Below are positions 1 to 12,720 of a DNA stretch of 64,000 bases, one piece after another; positions within the stretch are counted from its first letter, which is position 1; every line of letters starts with the position of its first letter. This DNA is from Octopus vulgaris. Taxonomy: Eukaryota. A program made the position numbers and the translations under genes. The notes under the pieces were generated by a model. It saw only the letters and a list, made by a program, of their open reading frames with translations. It had not been told where the DNA came from and did not search any database. The stretch covers positions 192,386,001-192,450,000 of the forward strand of contig OX597815.1 in assembly GCA_951406725.2 (NCBI GenBank). Reading direction: 5' to 3'.

Positions 1-6
1 ATGATT

Positions 7-150
7 TTATTCCACATATTCCTCTCTCAGATTCCCGCGTTTATTGCAGACATCCTTCAGTTTTTATAAGTCCTGCAAAAGTGCTCGGAAGGTTGGGCCT
101 CCAAGCAGACCTTTCGTGATACCATTAAAGCCAGGAACTTGGCAGAACCC
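7..150 (-). pseudogene. Degenerate mariner transposase C-terminal remnant
   Basis: Frameshifted minus-strand translation ...CLEAQPSEHF...LKDVCNKRGNLREEYVE* resembles the mariner C-terminus pattern (W.KC...G.YVE*). Confidence 0.4.
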
Positions 151-647
151 TCTCGAAGAGAAAGAGAGGGAGAGAGAGAAAGAAAAGCAAAGAGAGAGAA
201 AGGAAGAAAGAGAAAGAGATCCATATCTACATACATAAGACAGTGAGAGGTAGCAAAAAAGGAAATATATTAATGGAGGCGCCTGTAGATAAAATGAGGG
301 AGATTTGGTTACTGCTTCTTGCAGGTCAACAGAATACGTAGAAGCATCGCCATTAGCGTATTCTCATTTTCTTAGATTCGAAATCCCACCGTTTCGAAAA
401 TATTATACGATCACGAACTTAATTTCTCCAGTGAAGTTAATAAACCATTCTCAAAATAAAGTGTTAAGGAGATTTACTCAATATCGCAGAGAATCCATGT
501 GGCGCCAACCGATTGAGAAACCATTTAGCAGACTAATGAAACCGAAACCCATCGTCCAAGAATACATTACATTATACATTATTTAAAAATGAATAAATAT
601 TCATTAACTTGAAGCATTATATAGGACGACCGAGTTTTTAGAACCTT

Positions 648-1246
648 TTCTAATCTAGGCACAGGGCCTGAAATTTTGGAGGAGGGAGCCAATCTATTAT
701 ATCGACCTCAATATGCAACTGGTAATTAATTTATCAACCCCAAAAAGATGAAAGGTAAAGTCGACCTCGGCGGAATTTGAACTCAGAACGTAAAGACAGA
801 CGAAATACCTATTTGTTTACTACCCACAGAGAAGACAAACAAGGACAGACAAACGGATTAAGTCGATTACATCGACCCCAGTGCGTAACTGGTACTTAAT
901 TTATCGACCCCGAAAGGATGAAAGGCAAAGTCGACCTCGGCGGAATTTGAACTCAGAACGTAACAGCAGACGAAATACTGCTAAGCATTTCGCCCGGCGT
1001 GCTAGCGTTTCTTATTTCTTCACTGCCCATAAGGTGCTAAACACAGAAGAGACAAACAAGGACAGACAATCGGATTAAGTCGATTATATAGACCCCAGTG
1101 CGTAACTGGTACTTAATTTATCGACCCCGAAAGGATGAAAGGCAAAGTCGACCTCAGCGGAATTTAAACTCAGAATGTAACAGCAGACGAAATACTGCTA
1201 AGCATTTTGCCCGGTGTGCTAACGGTTCTGCCAGCTTGCCGCCTTC
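648..1246 (-). mobile_element. SINE family A (tRNA-like head), tandem trimer
   Basis: Three repeats of ...atcgaccccgaaaggatgaaaggcaaagtcgacctcggcggaatttgaactcagaacg...; B-box-like gagttcaaattcc on the minus strand. Confidence 0.85.
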
Positions 1247-1289
1247 CGAGTCTTATGAACACAAGAGAAAATATAGAAATGCTTTGCAG

Positions 1290-1675
1290 TAGCTGTTGCG
1301 GTTTTGTATACACTGAGTTCAAATTCTGCTGAGGTCAACTTTACCCTTCATTCTCTCGGGGTCGATAATATAAAGTACCAGTCAAGTACTGGTTCCGTGG
1401 TATCGATTGGCAACCCTCCTCTCCCTAACGTTGCTAACCTTGTGCCTAAATGAGAAATTAGTGAAAGCTGGCGAGCTGGTCGAGTCGTTAAAGTACCGGG
1501 AAGAATGGCATGCATTATTTGTTCCAGCTCTTTACATTCTGAGTTCGAATTCCGCTGAAGTTAAATTTGGCTTTCATTCTTTCGAGTCGATAAAATAAAA
1601 TACCCATCAATTAATTATTGAAGTCGATTTCATCAACTGCTGACCTTAAAATTCCTGGCTTTGCGTATGTTAGAA
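1290..1675 (+). mobile_element. Two degenerate SINE family A copies
   Basis: ctgagttcaaattc...ccttcattc...gtcgataa..aagtacc motif occurs twice. Confidence 0.65.
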
Positions 1676-1984
1676 TCTAGATATGGGGTGTAGGGTAGTA
1701 GCATTCATGCCTCTCCCAAAATTAGAGAATGGTAAACTTCATCCTTTGCTCAATTTTAAGTCACTACTTGCCACTTGAATGACGGGTCCATTAGCGGAGT
1801 TTAACTCAACTGCGAATATCAGAGCCATGGTTTCACTAAGATGGTGATTATTTTTCTGTCAAGCCGGAAGCCTTGCGAAGGATCATCTGAAGCAATGTCA
1901 TTTTAAAGTAGAAAACTAAAGATGTTGAGTACCCGGAAGACCCACAGGCCTTTGAATAATATATATACGTTATATTTTGCGTCA

Positions 1985-2370
1985 TCTACATAAAGCTGAA
2001 GTTGTCTGTGTATCGCAGATTTGGTAGCCTTCAACTAACACTATCTCCTCCGAGACCCTGCGGCGCAAGTTGACCTAAATTGAAAGTGTGATAGAAGAAG
2101 GCTTGCTCTTCTTTCATAGAAGAAAAAATTCAAATAGGACCATGTTAACATCAAAAATTATTTACATCAAAAGGTGTTTTTTTTTTCTATGAAAATCCCT
2201 ATTTTTTACGATCTTTTGACTGCTGTGTCGCCATTTTTCGGTGTATTTCAATCAGAAAAATGTTCACTTAAAGAGAATAACAAGCTACATAATGCAACAT
2301 TTTTACTTTTGAAAAATTCCAATTCTAAAGGGTCGAAACAAACCCGAGCAACGCCGGGCGATACTGCTAG
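1985..2370 (+). mobile_element. Non-autonomous Helitron
   Basis: 5' TC after A; 3' hairpin cccgagcaacgccggg followed by CTAG then T; near reverse-complement copy at 60831-61224. Confidence 0.8.
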
Positions 2371-3279
2371 TATTTTGATAGATTTGGATCTACATCTCCG
2401 GCGCAAAACAAGGACTCAAGAGTAACTACAGATAGTCCTAATCACGAATACAGCCATTCCTTCTCTCACTAAAGCATTTAAAGCATTTCACTTCGTGTTG
2501 CCCAATTCTATTTCGCCTCCTCTCCCTTCAGCTGTTGCTTCTTCTGCTGTTTCAGTGGGTCGAATATAGAGGAGCCGAGATAGTGTTTGTATCAGGTCGC
2601 GATTACATAGGCGCCTAAACAATTAATCAGAACATGGTATATACTATCAAGCCATACTTGCTTGCGTGCGATGGCTGTTGATGAATTAATTTGTTATTTT
2701 TACTCTTCACAGTTGGCTAGTGTTTCTGTCTTTATATCTTGAATTAAGTTTGTACTCGTTTGGTTTTGTTTAGTTGATTTTGGGTGGTCTAAGGACGAAC
2801 GCACGATATACAAAATATGAGCCGAAGTAGTTGGAAGTTACGTATCACGAATATGATGTGTTATTCCTGTCTGAAAGCGGAACGGAGAGAGGAGAGCAAC
2901 TAGACGAATATTTGTTCTGGTTACTGTTTCTAATAGATCGTGTGACAGTATAGAAGTTCCTTTGGTTAAAAATTTGGCAATTTTTTTTTTTTTTTTGGTT
3001 AAAAATTTGTAAGGATGGGTTGTTCAGTTGATATAATTAAATCGTAGTATTTTACCGAACCCAGATAGGTTGATAAACAAAGTTGAATCTGATGGAATTT
3101 GAACTCACAACGCAAAGGGTAGCAGTATCTTTACCAAAAGGCCCCACAAGTTATTTTGTCTGAACCTCTACTGACTCTGCCCACCACATGCCAGACTACT
3201 AAAAAAACTCAAGGTAATTTTTCGTTAGTCATGCTATCCAGAAAGTCCCTCAGGGTGCAGGTTTCTCATGAATGCTTTG

Positions 3280-3921
3280 GTGGAGGCGCATGACTTAGCG
3301 GTCAGGGTATTGAACTCATGATCATAAGATTGCGGTTTCAATTCCTCGACCGGGCAACACATCGTGTTCTTGAGCAAAATACCTCACTTCATATTGCTCC
3401 AGATCACTAAGCTGGCAAAAATAAGTAAACCCAGGACGGACCGGTGTGCCATCCATGAGTAAATATATACCCTACAGAAACCGGGAAACCGGCCCTTATG
3501 AGTCTATATGACTGCTTTAGCAATTCCTTCACTTGATCCCCTTCTTGTGTTTGTTATTTATGTTAATAAAAATGGTTTTTATATACTTGTTGCTTTTGTT
3601 ATTGTTGTTGTCATCTTTGTTATTGTTATTTGACCCCAGATCAGCTCTGATGGAGTCGACCTATGATGAAAGCTGTGTGAAGGCGCGTGGTTTAGTGGTT
3701 AGGGGGTTCTACTCACGATTGTAAGAATATGATGTCGATATCTGGACCGGGTGGTGCATTGTGCTCTTGAGCAAAACACTTAGTTCCTTGCTGCTCCTGT
3801 TCACTGAGCCGGTAAAAATGAGTAACCATGCGACAGACCGGAACCCGTCCAAGAGTGGGGGACATATGCCACACAACTGGGAAACTGACCTTATGAATTT
3901 ACAGGACTCAAGTAGGACTTT
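3280..3921 (+). mobile_element. Two degenerate tRNA-headed SINE family D copies (~3280-3520, ~3678-3921)
   Basis: ggcgc.tg..ttag.ggt.aggg heads and cttgagcaaaa.ac core. Confidence 0.65.
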
Positions 3922-4207
3922 TATGATGAAATCTGTGATTCTCCCCATCTTGTAACATCTTGGACTACATAATTCGCCATATCGCTCCTTTCTCAATACG
4001 GTAAAGTGTAATTCCAGAGAAATTTGGTTCCTCTTTCTTGTAGTCCAAACCAGCCCGTCGAGACTTTCTCAAATGAAGGTCAATTAGGTGTGTATATGCA
4101 TTTATGTGTTTTTATGGATCCGTGTATATGTATATGTGTGTTTCTATGTGTGTATGCGCCTGTGACTGTATGTGTGTGTGTATATATACATATATGTATA
4201 TATATAT

Positions 4208-4427
4208 CACCGTTCACCAACCAGGCTATCAGATGTTGCTACACATCGCTGGTCACAATGTGCTTTGCATTGTTTTAGCCTTCAAGTGACGCCAGCCCGC
4301 TGGCTAAGCGAGCAGGCCAACAGAAGAAAGAGTGAGAGAAAATTTTGGCGAAAGAATAGGGGAATCGAAACTGCGATCCTACAACCGCGAGTCCGCTGCC
4401 CTAACCACTGGGCCATTGTGCCTCCAC
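4208..4427 (-). mobile_element. SINE family C (tRNA-Arg-like head), internally deleted
   Basis: Minus-strand gtggaggcacaatggcccagtggttagggcagcggactcgcgg...gtttcgattccc. Confidence 0.8.
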
Positions 4428-4994
4428 ATATATGTGTGTGTGTTTACTAACGAAACATTTAATTTTACCTCCGTTACTAATTTCCACCAATGGAATGCCG
4501 ATGGACACCATTTTAAACTGCGTCGTATAATTTGGCTCAATGGGAGCTTAATCTTCTTCTATCAGATACCTACCAAGTAGTCCTAATTATTTTAGCACGT
4601 TTACTTAATTAATTCAATCTACGGGGGGGGGGGTTAATTTATGTAGTACTGCTATGGAAAGATTAAAAGCAAATAGTATATTGAAAATCTACTTAAAGGA
4701 AGCAGTACAAAGGAAAAATTTAATTACGGAATTGATAAGTAATTATAGTCAGCATTGTAATCATTAGAGAATGATATAAGTTTCAGTTCGTTCGCAGCAT
4801 TGAGAAAATTTTAAATCGTAATGAAGCCGCGTTTCAAAGTTAATATCAGTTACGTTGAGTCTCACATATATTTCACTCGTGTTTTGTCAATGCGGTGAAA
4901 CCATGGCACGACTTAGGCAGGATAAATTTAAATGCTAAATGAAGTCTGTGTATATGGGTGATGTATGTGTGATTGTATGTATGTAGACATTCAA

Positions 4995-5410
4995 GGCGGT
5001 GAGCTGGCAGAAACGTTAGCACGCCGGGCGAAATGCGTAGCCGTATTTCGTCTGCCGTTACGTTCTGAGTTCAAATTCCGCCGAAGTCGACTTTGCCTTT
5101 CATCCTTTCGGGGTCGATTAAATAAGTACAAGTTACGCACTGGCCTCGATATAATCGGCTAAATCCGTTTGTCTGTCTTTGTTTGTCCTCCCTGTGTTTA
5201 GCCCCTTGTGGGTAGTAAAGAAATAGGTATTTCGTCTGCTGTTACGTTCTGAGTTCAAATCCTGCAAAGGTCGACTTTGCCTTTCATCCTTTCGGGGTAG
5301 ATTAAATAAGTACCAGTTACGCATTGGGGTCGATATAATCGACTTAATCCGATTGTCTGTCCTTGTTTGTCCCCTCTGTATTTAGCCCCTTGTGGGTAGT
5401 AAAGAAATAA
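4995..5410 (+). mobile_element. SINE family A dimer
   Basis: ggcggtgagctggcagaaacgttagc head; second unit restarts at aaatag|gtatttcgtctg. Confidence 0.85.
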
Positions 5411-5446
5411 GTACGTATATAGACATTCATATACACATGAAATTAT

Positions 5447-5762
5447 GGGTGGCTTAGTGGTTAGGGGTATTCAACTCATGATCGTAAGGTCGTGAGATCA
5501 ATTCCCGGCGGTGCGTTGTATCCTCGAGCAAGACACTTTATTTCACGTGGCTCTTGTCCACTCAGCTGGCAAAAATGAGTAGTACCTGTATTTCAAAGGG
5601 TCAGCCTTGTCACACTCTTTGTCACGCTGAATCCCCCCGAGAACTACGTTAGGGGTACAGGTATTTGTGGAGTGCTCAGCCACTTGCACGTTAATTTCAT
5701 GAGCAAGCTGTTCCGTTGATCGTATCAGCTGGGACCCTCGTCGTCGCAACCGACGGAGTGCT

Positions 5763-5764
<2 letters not shown>
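5447..5764 (+). mobile_element. SINE family D
   Basis: tggcttagtggttaggg head, gagcaagacacttta core, tail ending aaccgacggagtgc followed by (TA)n. Confidence 0.8.
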
Positions 5765-5816
<52 letters not shown>

Positions 5817-5819
<3 letters not shown>

Positions 5820-7128
5820 TATACAAATTAAGTACAGGACATCACCAACAAGTGAAAAATACGTAAGCACATAAAGAGAGACAAGAACGAGACAAAATAC
5901 CAAAAGAAGTTTAACTCCTCCTCAGTTGTCGACTGTTTATTACTCCCTATTTTGAGCTTTCAACGACAAGACAGGACAATTTCATAAGATAGCAGCATCC
6001 AGAAATTTTAGAAATATAAAATTTGTGGAGAGTTAGGGCTTCGAAAAAACAAAAAGCAACAGAGTGAGAGTACAGAGTAAACAATCGACGAAGACAAATA
6101 TTCAGGGCCGTGAGGCAAAAGATGAATTATAATGAGTAATGCCTGGGGGAAATTTTGAAAAGATATAGAATAAATAGAAGAGAAGACAGTAGAAGAGAAA
6201 AAATGTTGGGAGGCAAGAGAAATGACGTCCAGCTAGGTGGACGTCTGGTCTAGAAAAGATAGAGGCTAGAGAAAAATGGCCTGTAGTCACGTGTGACGAA
6301 CAGGCAGAGAGGAAGGGGGACAAGAGAGAGGATGAGGGAAAGCAACAAAGGAGTGAGGAAAAGGGAGAAGGAACGAAAGATGGTAGGGAGTGGAAGAAAG
6401 ACAGGATATTGGCGAAGAAGGAAGGGGAGAAACGGAAAATAAAAAGGATTATAGAGGGATAGAGAGAAGGAAAGAAAACAGAATATGGAGTCGTAGAAAT
6501 TATATATAAGTGTAAGAATTTATTGTGGACAAGGCTGCGTGACGTTCGATAATAAATAAATAAAAAATACATCCGTGATGTATAAAAGTATATATATATA
6601 TATATAAAAATTCTATAATTATGAGTATAATTATAATTAGGGTTCAGCAAAATATGCTTTACCATATACCGAAATTTAGAAATAGCAGTTAGAATACTCT
6701 TCTACTACCATAAGATATCTCTCAGACAGCAATATCGTCTGGGAGATATCTTATGGTAGTAGAATAGTATGTGGTGAAGCAAATTTTGCTGAACCCTAAT
6801 TATAATTATGCTCATAATTATAGAATTGTAAAAGCAAATTAAATAAAATTTGGGATTATTTTGCGGAGGGTGAAAGTGGTAACAAGAACAGGACAGTGAG
6901 TGCGGGAAGGACTGTTTCAACGAAGTCGCGTGTTGTTCTTGCCTTCGTCACGCGGAGTAGATGAAACAGGGATAACTGAAGAAGGAGAATATTCTTTATG
7001 TTGCATGTCTCGTTTCTCTGTTTGTTTTTTTTCGTTGTTCCAAAAAAAAACGTTCGTTTCTATGTTTTTGTTTTTATGTTTTCGTTTTTCATTGTGTTCA
7101 ACGTTTTTTTTAATGTCCTGTACCCATA
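5817..7128. mobile_element. Putative non-autonomous Penelope-like element with inverted termini
   Basis: Termini gtacaggacat (~5833) and atgtcctgtac (~7113) face each other next to (TA)n; related terminus at 44461-44510; no ORF. Confidence 0.4.
6609..6827. repeat. Long inverted repeat / hairpin
   Basis: aattctataattatgag...ttagggttcagcaaaat pairs with attttgctgaaccctaa...ctcataattatagaatt; inner arm ttctactaccataagatatct/agatatcttatggtagtagaa. Confidence 0.9.
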
Positions 7129-7272
7129 TATGCATGTATATATACATATATATGTAGGTATGTACATATATGTATGTGTATATGCATATATTTATATATT
7201 ATTTATATTATTATATGATCGAACGCCACGAATCCTTTTCCAAGTAAGTTTTATCTATCTATCTAGCTATAA

Positions 7273-7320
<48 letters not shown>

Positions 7321-8494
7321 TGCAAACGTATTTTCATATATATATACTTATGTTTGTTTATATGTGTTGCTTTTAGTAACAACTTGTAATCCACTTGCAT
7401 CATGTTATTCGCAACCCAACTTCCCTATGATCCTTCTTTCCGTAACCCGTAAGTTTTATTTTCTTAGTTTTAAAATCTATAGAGATCGCATGCAGTTATG
7501 CTACTCAACTTAAGATTTTATCAATTCTCTCTATGAAATATTAAGCAAAGCTAGAAATAATATCTCTTGAAAAATACAATTTATTTATTTTGCTATCTTG
7601 TTGAATTGATCTTAAGTTTCGTAGATATTTCTTTTAATGGAAATAATTCTAAAATTAACTGTAAGACTTTATATAATTTTATATTCCTCGGTTTTTACAG
7701 TTACGTCTATTTACACATATTTTATGTACATTTACGTTTATCGTAAGCTAATTGTTCATGGTGCCAAATATGGAATTAGTTCTTCCAGTTGGTTAAACCG
7801 ATAAATTTTTACACATATCTGTATCATTTTATATTTACCTCTTAGTTATGATTTTTGTAGAAATGAAAAAAAGACAAGAATATTTATTTTCAAAATACTT
7901 ATCGCACCTACCTTAATCCTTTCTATTCTAACCATTATTAGCTGAAGATACTTCAGTTCATTTTAAACAAAATTAACTTATTTTTAGATAATTTGATAAT
8001 TACTTCTATGTTTTTATTTATTTCAACCAAATATTTTTTACATAACACGGAGTGTTGCAGACATCATTTTCCAACTTGACAATACCCCGAATGCTTATAT
8101 ATATTTCATTTTTATAAGTTTTTCTCATAATAATAATCTTGCCTATGTATGTGCACATGAAATGACTCTTCTGTTGTTCGCATTGTATTCATAGAGCGCT
8201 CTTCAGCGCTAAGCAGTCTACACGTATGCGCAACGAACAGAGGAAAATATATACAACTACTACACAACCACACTAAAGCAGTTAACATGTACAAATATAT
8301 CAACACACCGTTACGTACACAGAGAGTCTTACATAAATAGGTGGACAATTATGGACAACTTGGCAGCTATTCATTTTATTATGTCGTTTCAAAAACATTA
8401 TTTACAATGAAGTATTACTTGAAAAATCTGTAACAACTCCATGTCAGATCAAAGACGCATACTTTTATATATTTAGAGACAATCGTTTATTTGT

Positions 8495-8690
8495 TCTTTT
8501 ACTCTTTTACTTGTTTCAGTCATTTGACAGTGGCAATGCTGGAGCACCGCCTTTAGTCGAGCAGATCGACCTCAGGACTTATTCTTTGTAAGCCTAGTAC
8601 TTATTCAATCGGTCTTTTTGCCGAACCGCTAGGTTACGGGGACGTAAACACACCAGCATCGGTTGTCAAGCGATGCTGGAGAGACAAACA

Positions 8691-8734
<44 letters not shown>

Positions 8735-9047
8735 GATTATATATATATAATTTCAACAATATTAAGGAATGGCCCTGATAGGCCATTCGACTCACCAGAA
8801 AGAGCAGCCAAACTGTAACCGCTAAATAGTAGTAATTCAGAAATCAAAGGAAAATCAAATACACTGAATTACTACTATTTAGCGGTTTGAGTTTGGCTGC
8901 TCTTCCTGGTGAGTCGAATGGCCTATCAGGGCCATTCCTTAATATTGTTGAAATTATATATATATAGTCTGTGACTATTTTCTCTTTCTCACTGGACCGC
9001 TGGTGGCGAAACAAATTTCTATTGAATTTTTTGCTACCCTTATATTG

Positions 9048-9093
<46 letters not shown>

Positions 9094-9258
9094 TACGACG
9101 GGCTTCTTTCAGTTTCCGTCTACCAAATCCACTCACAAGGCTTTGGTCGGCTCGAGGCTATAGTAGAAGACACTTGCCCAAGATGCCACGCAGTGGGACT
9201 GAACTCAAAACTCCGGTTTTGCGAAACAAACTTCTTAAACACACAGCCATACATGCAC
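8495..9258 (-). mobile_element. SINE family B, split by an insertion in its internal microsatellite
   Basis: 3' half at ~8495-8730 and 5' half at ~9050-9258 match intact copies at 20932 and 53054. Confidence 0.8.
8739..8966. repeat. Palindromic element, ~100-bp arms
   Basis: aatttcaacaatattaaggaatggccctgataggccattcgactcaccag... and its near-exact reverse complement, ~22-nt spacer. Confidence 0.9.
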
Positions 9259-9284
9259 TTCAGTGAATTTTTAGAAGGCAGGAG

Positions 9285-9678
9285 TTCTACTATTGGTACA
9301 AGGCCTGAAATTTTGAAGAGAGGAGTAGTCGATTATATCGACCCCAGTACTTTATTGGTACTTAATTTATCAACCCCGAAAGGATGAAAGGGAAAGGCGA
9401 CCTCGGTGGAATTTGAACTCAGAACGTAACGACAGACGAAATACCTATTTCTTTACTACCCACAAGGGGCTAAACACAGAGAGGACAAACAAGGACAGAA
9501 AAACGGATTAAGTCAATTATATCGACCCCAGTGCGTAACTGGTACTTAATTTATCGACCTCGGAAGGATGAAAGGCAAAGTGGACCTCGGCGGTATTTGA
9601 ACTCAGAACGTAAACGACAGACAAAATACCTCTAGACATTTCGCCCGGCGTGCTATCGTTTCTGCCAGCTCGCCGCCT
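9285..9678 (-). mobile_element. SINE family A dimer
   Basis: Two core units; head ctgccagctcgccgcc at the right end. Confidence 0.85.
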
Positions 9679-9923
9679 TGCCTCTCAGAACAACAATGAC
9701 GACAGAAGCAAATTCTTATCTATTTCTTTTACTTTCTTTCTACTGTTTCGATCATAAATGCCATAGTTTTGACACGAGAAAGTGGGGAGCGATTCTCCTG
9801 CTTAAACATCAATCTCACTTTCGTAATTTTGCTGCTAGTGTCATTTTGCTTGGCATTCAGAGAATGGTTTCAAACTTATTATTTCTATAATAATATTGTC
9901 TTCATATTTAATACTTTTTATTG

Positions 9924-10001
<78 letters not shown>

Positions 10002-10165
10002 ATATATATATGTGTGTGTATGTGCGTGTGCATCTATCTATCCATCTATCTATCTCTATCTATCCATCTGTCTATCCATCTAGCTATCCATCTATCCATC
10101 TAGCTATCCATTTATCCATCTAGCTATCCATCCATCCATCTATCTATCTATCAATCTATCTACCT
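9924..10165. repeat. (CT)n and (ATCT/ATCC)n microsatellites
   Basis: Direct inspection. Confidence 0.95.
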
Positions 10166-10617
10166 ATTTGCTTCTCTGTCTGTCTATATATGCTATAATA
10201 ATCATTTCTTCCTTAGGCAGAAGGCCTGAAATTGTGTGTCTGTGTGTGTGGCGGGGAGGCTATAAACTGATAATCATTTAATCAATCTCAAAAGGATGAA
10301 AGGCAAAGTCGACCTCGAAATTTGAACGAATTGGTTGAATAATGTCCCTGTAGGTATTAATGTTTTTATAGCAATACAGTTAATTTCACGTAGCTGGCTT
10401 TGCCTTTTTTTTTGTTTTTTTTTTCCAATATAGCTAGGCTGTGGTTCTAAACTGGGGATCTGAGTAGGCTGGTTCGAAACTCAGGAAGAACCTTACTAGA
10501 CAAGAATCAAAATGTCTTTTGCTATTTGTAACAGCCATTTTCCAGGTAAAGGAAGACGTTCGTTGCTGCAGTTGTTTGCCCTTGAAGTGACTTAATTTTA
10601 GGTAATAGTCATCTCAG

Positions 10618-10939
10618 GTAGAGGCGCAATGGCCCAGTGGTTAGGGCAGCGGACTCGCGGTCGGAGGATCACGGTTTCGATTCCCAGACCGGGCGTTGTG
10701 TGCGTTTATTGAGCGAAAACACCTAAAAGCTCCACGAGGCCCCGGCATGGGGTGGTGACAACCCCTGTTGTACTCTTTCGCCCCAACTTTCCCTCACTCT
10801 TTCTTCCTGTTTCTTGAGTAACGCTGCGATGGACTGGCGTCCCGTCCAGCCGGTGGGGGGGGGGGGGGCACATACGACATGGAAACCGGGCCCATGAGCC
10901 TGGCTAGGCTTGAAAAGGGCGCATAAATAAAATATATAA
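10618..10939 (+). mobile_element. SINE family C, full length with 15-bp TSD
   Basis: TSD taatagtcatctcag at 10603-10617 and 10940-10954; tRNA-like head with A-box tggcccagtgg and B-box ggtttcgattccc. Confidence 0.92.
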
Positions 10940-10987
10940 TAATAGTCATCTCAGTAATTTTTTAACCGCTTCATTGTAGCAATTTTT

Positions 10988-11189
10988 TTCTTTTACTTGT
11001 TTCAATTATTACACTGTGGCCATGCTAGGGCACCGCCTTGAAGAATTTTTAGCCGAACGAATCAATTCCCGTACTTTATTTTGTAAAGCCTGACATTTAT
11101 TCTACCAGTCTCTTTCGGTGAACTGTTAAGTTACGGGGACGTAGACACACTAACACCAATTACCAAAAGGTGGTGGGATGACAAACACG

Positions 11190-11242
<53 letters not shown>

Positions 11243-11405
11243 GTGTATACGACGAGCTTCTTTCAGTTTCCGTCAACCAAACCTGCTCACAAGGTATTGG
11301 TCAGCCCGAGGCTACGGTAGAAGATACTTGTACAACAACGTGCTATGCAGTGGGACTGAACCCGGAATCATGTGGTTGAGAAACAAGCATCTTACCACAT
11401 AATCA
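10988..11405 (-). mobile_element. SINE family B, diverged
   Basis: Both halves present plus internal (CA)n. Confidence 0.8.
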
Positions 11406-11602
11406 CGGTAGTTGATAGTGGTGTCTTCTCTGGATTTATATAGTGTCGATTAAAAATGCTAGCTTCATTACAAATACCTGGTGAAATGGAAAAGTGACAT
11501 TTTCGTAGATAGCTCAGAAGTAACGTTTGTGGTGTCATTCTCGGTGTCAGCCATGCAAAATTCTATGAGTTTTAAAGTGACAATAAAAATGTTTTTAACT
11601 AG

Positions 11603-11736
11603 TACTCATTTATAACAACAGAATGAGTGAAAATTGCTTCCCATTTGTAACAACAGAATGAGTGAAATTTGTTTCTCATTTATAACTGCTGAATGAGTGA
11701 AATAATAGTTCAATGAGTGAGAATTGCTTCTCATTC
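11603..11736. repeat. ~35-bp minisatellite, ~4 units
   Basis: ctcatttataacaacagaatgagtgaaaattgctt-like unit repeated. Confidence 0.8.
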
Positions 11737-11979
11737 GAGAAAGAAGAAAATAATATACATATTTATTGATCTAGGCCTTCTTTAGGTCGGCAGAGTTGCA
11801 TCAGAAAAACCCTCCAAAAATGCATTTTAGACGAGTCTCCTTCATCTGCAATTTTCACTGACGTTTCATCTATGCATATCTATTTGTGTATACGTGTGTG
11901 TGAATGCATGTGTGCAAGTGCAGATGCATGCATGTGCGCATGCGTATGTATGAGTGTGTGTATGTCTGTATGTATGTGC

Positions 11980-12024
<45 letters not shown>

Positions 12025-12539
12025 TATACGTAAACCGATTCGACATTGTACATGTATTATTTTTGTGTGTCTGTGCAATTGCATGATGGGTGTATTGTAT
12101 GTGTGAGTGTGTGTGTGCTTGTTTGTGTATGCGTCTTTATGTGTTTATACGTGTATGTGCGTGTGTGTGAATGTGTGTAAGTATTTGATGTCTGCGTTTG
12201 TGTGTGTGTTTGTTTCTGTGGAGTGAGTTTGTGTTTACCTACTGTGTCATTTGAATGTCTGAGTATGTGTATTTCATTATGCGAAAGCGACAATGAATAT
12301 ATTATTCGGAACGTTCAATTTAAAGCAGGATGATGTGTTTGAATGCTTTGGGTTATGTAATTAAGTGTTTTACAACTCTGTTTAACTTGTCTAAAAATCA
12401 ATAAATACTACAAATATATTAAGATCGATTTAAAAGACTAACTCTTCACCCACTCATAAAACGCACCGTGTTTCTCAGAAATAGCCTGTCTTACATGATT
12501 TCGATTGTCGATCGCCATCAGGTAAGAGAGAAGAAGAAG

Positions 12540-12579
<40 letters not shown>

Positions 12580-12720
12580 AGAAAGGAAGAAAGAGAGGCT
12601 TCTAAACAAACAACGGTTTTGATCAGTTTCGATTTTAGACTGTCGTTAGTTCACCTTATTTAAGTTGTTAATGCCCTTGACAAAGTTCTATATTATATTA
12701 TTATTATTATTATTATTATT

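Noticed and set aside
881-1292. Recurring MRNWYLIYRPRKDERQSRP ORFs (also 5133, 18486, 26455, 61563)
   Set aside because: Antisense reading of SINE A from non-ATG starts; not a gene family
10455-10495. Hammerhead-like ctgagta...cgaaac
   Set aside because: G8 missing, weak stem II, and no UH or stem I
10618-10690. tRNA-Arg-like gene (and similar heads elsewhere)
   Set aside because: Continues into a SINE body and is bounded by TSDs, so it is a SINE head
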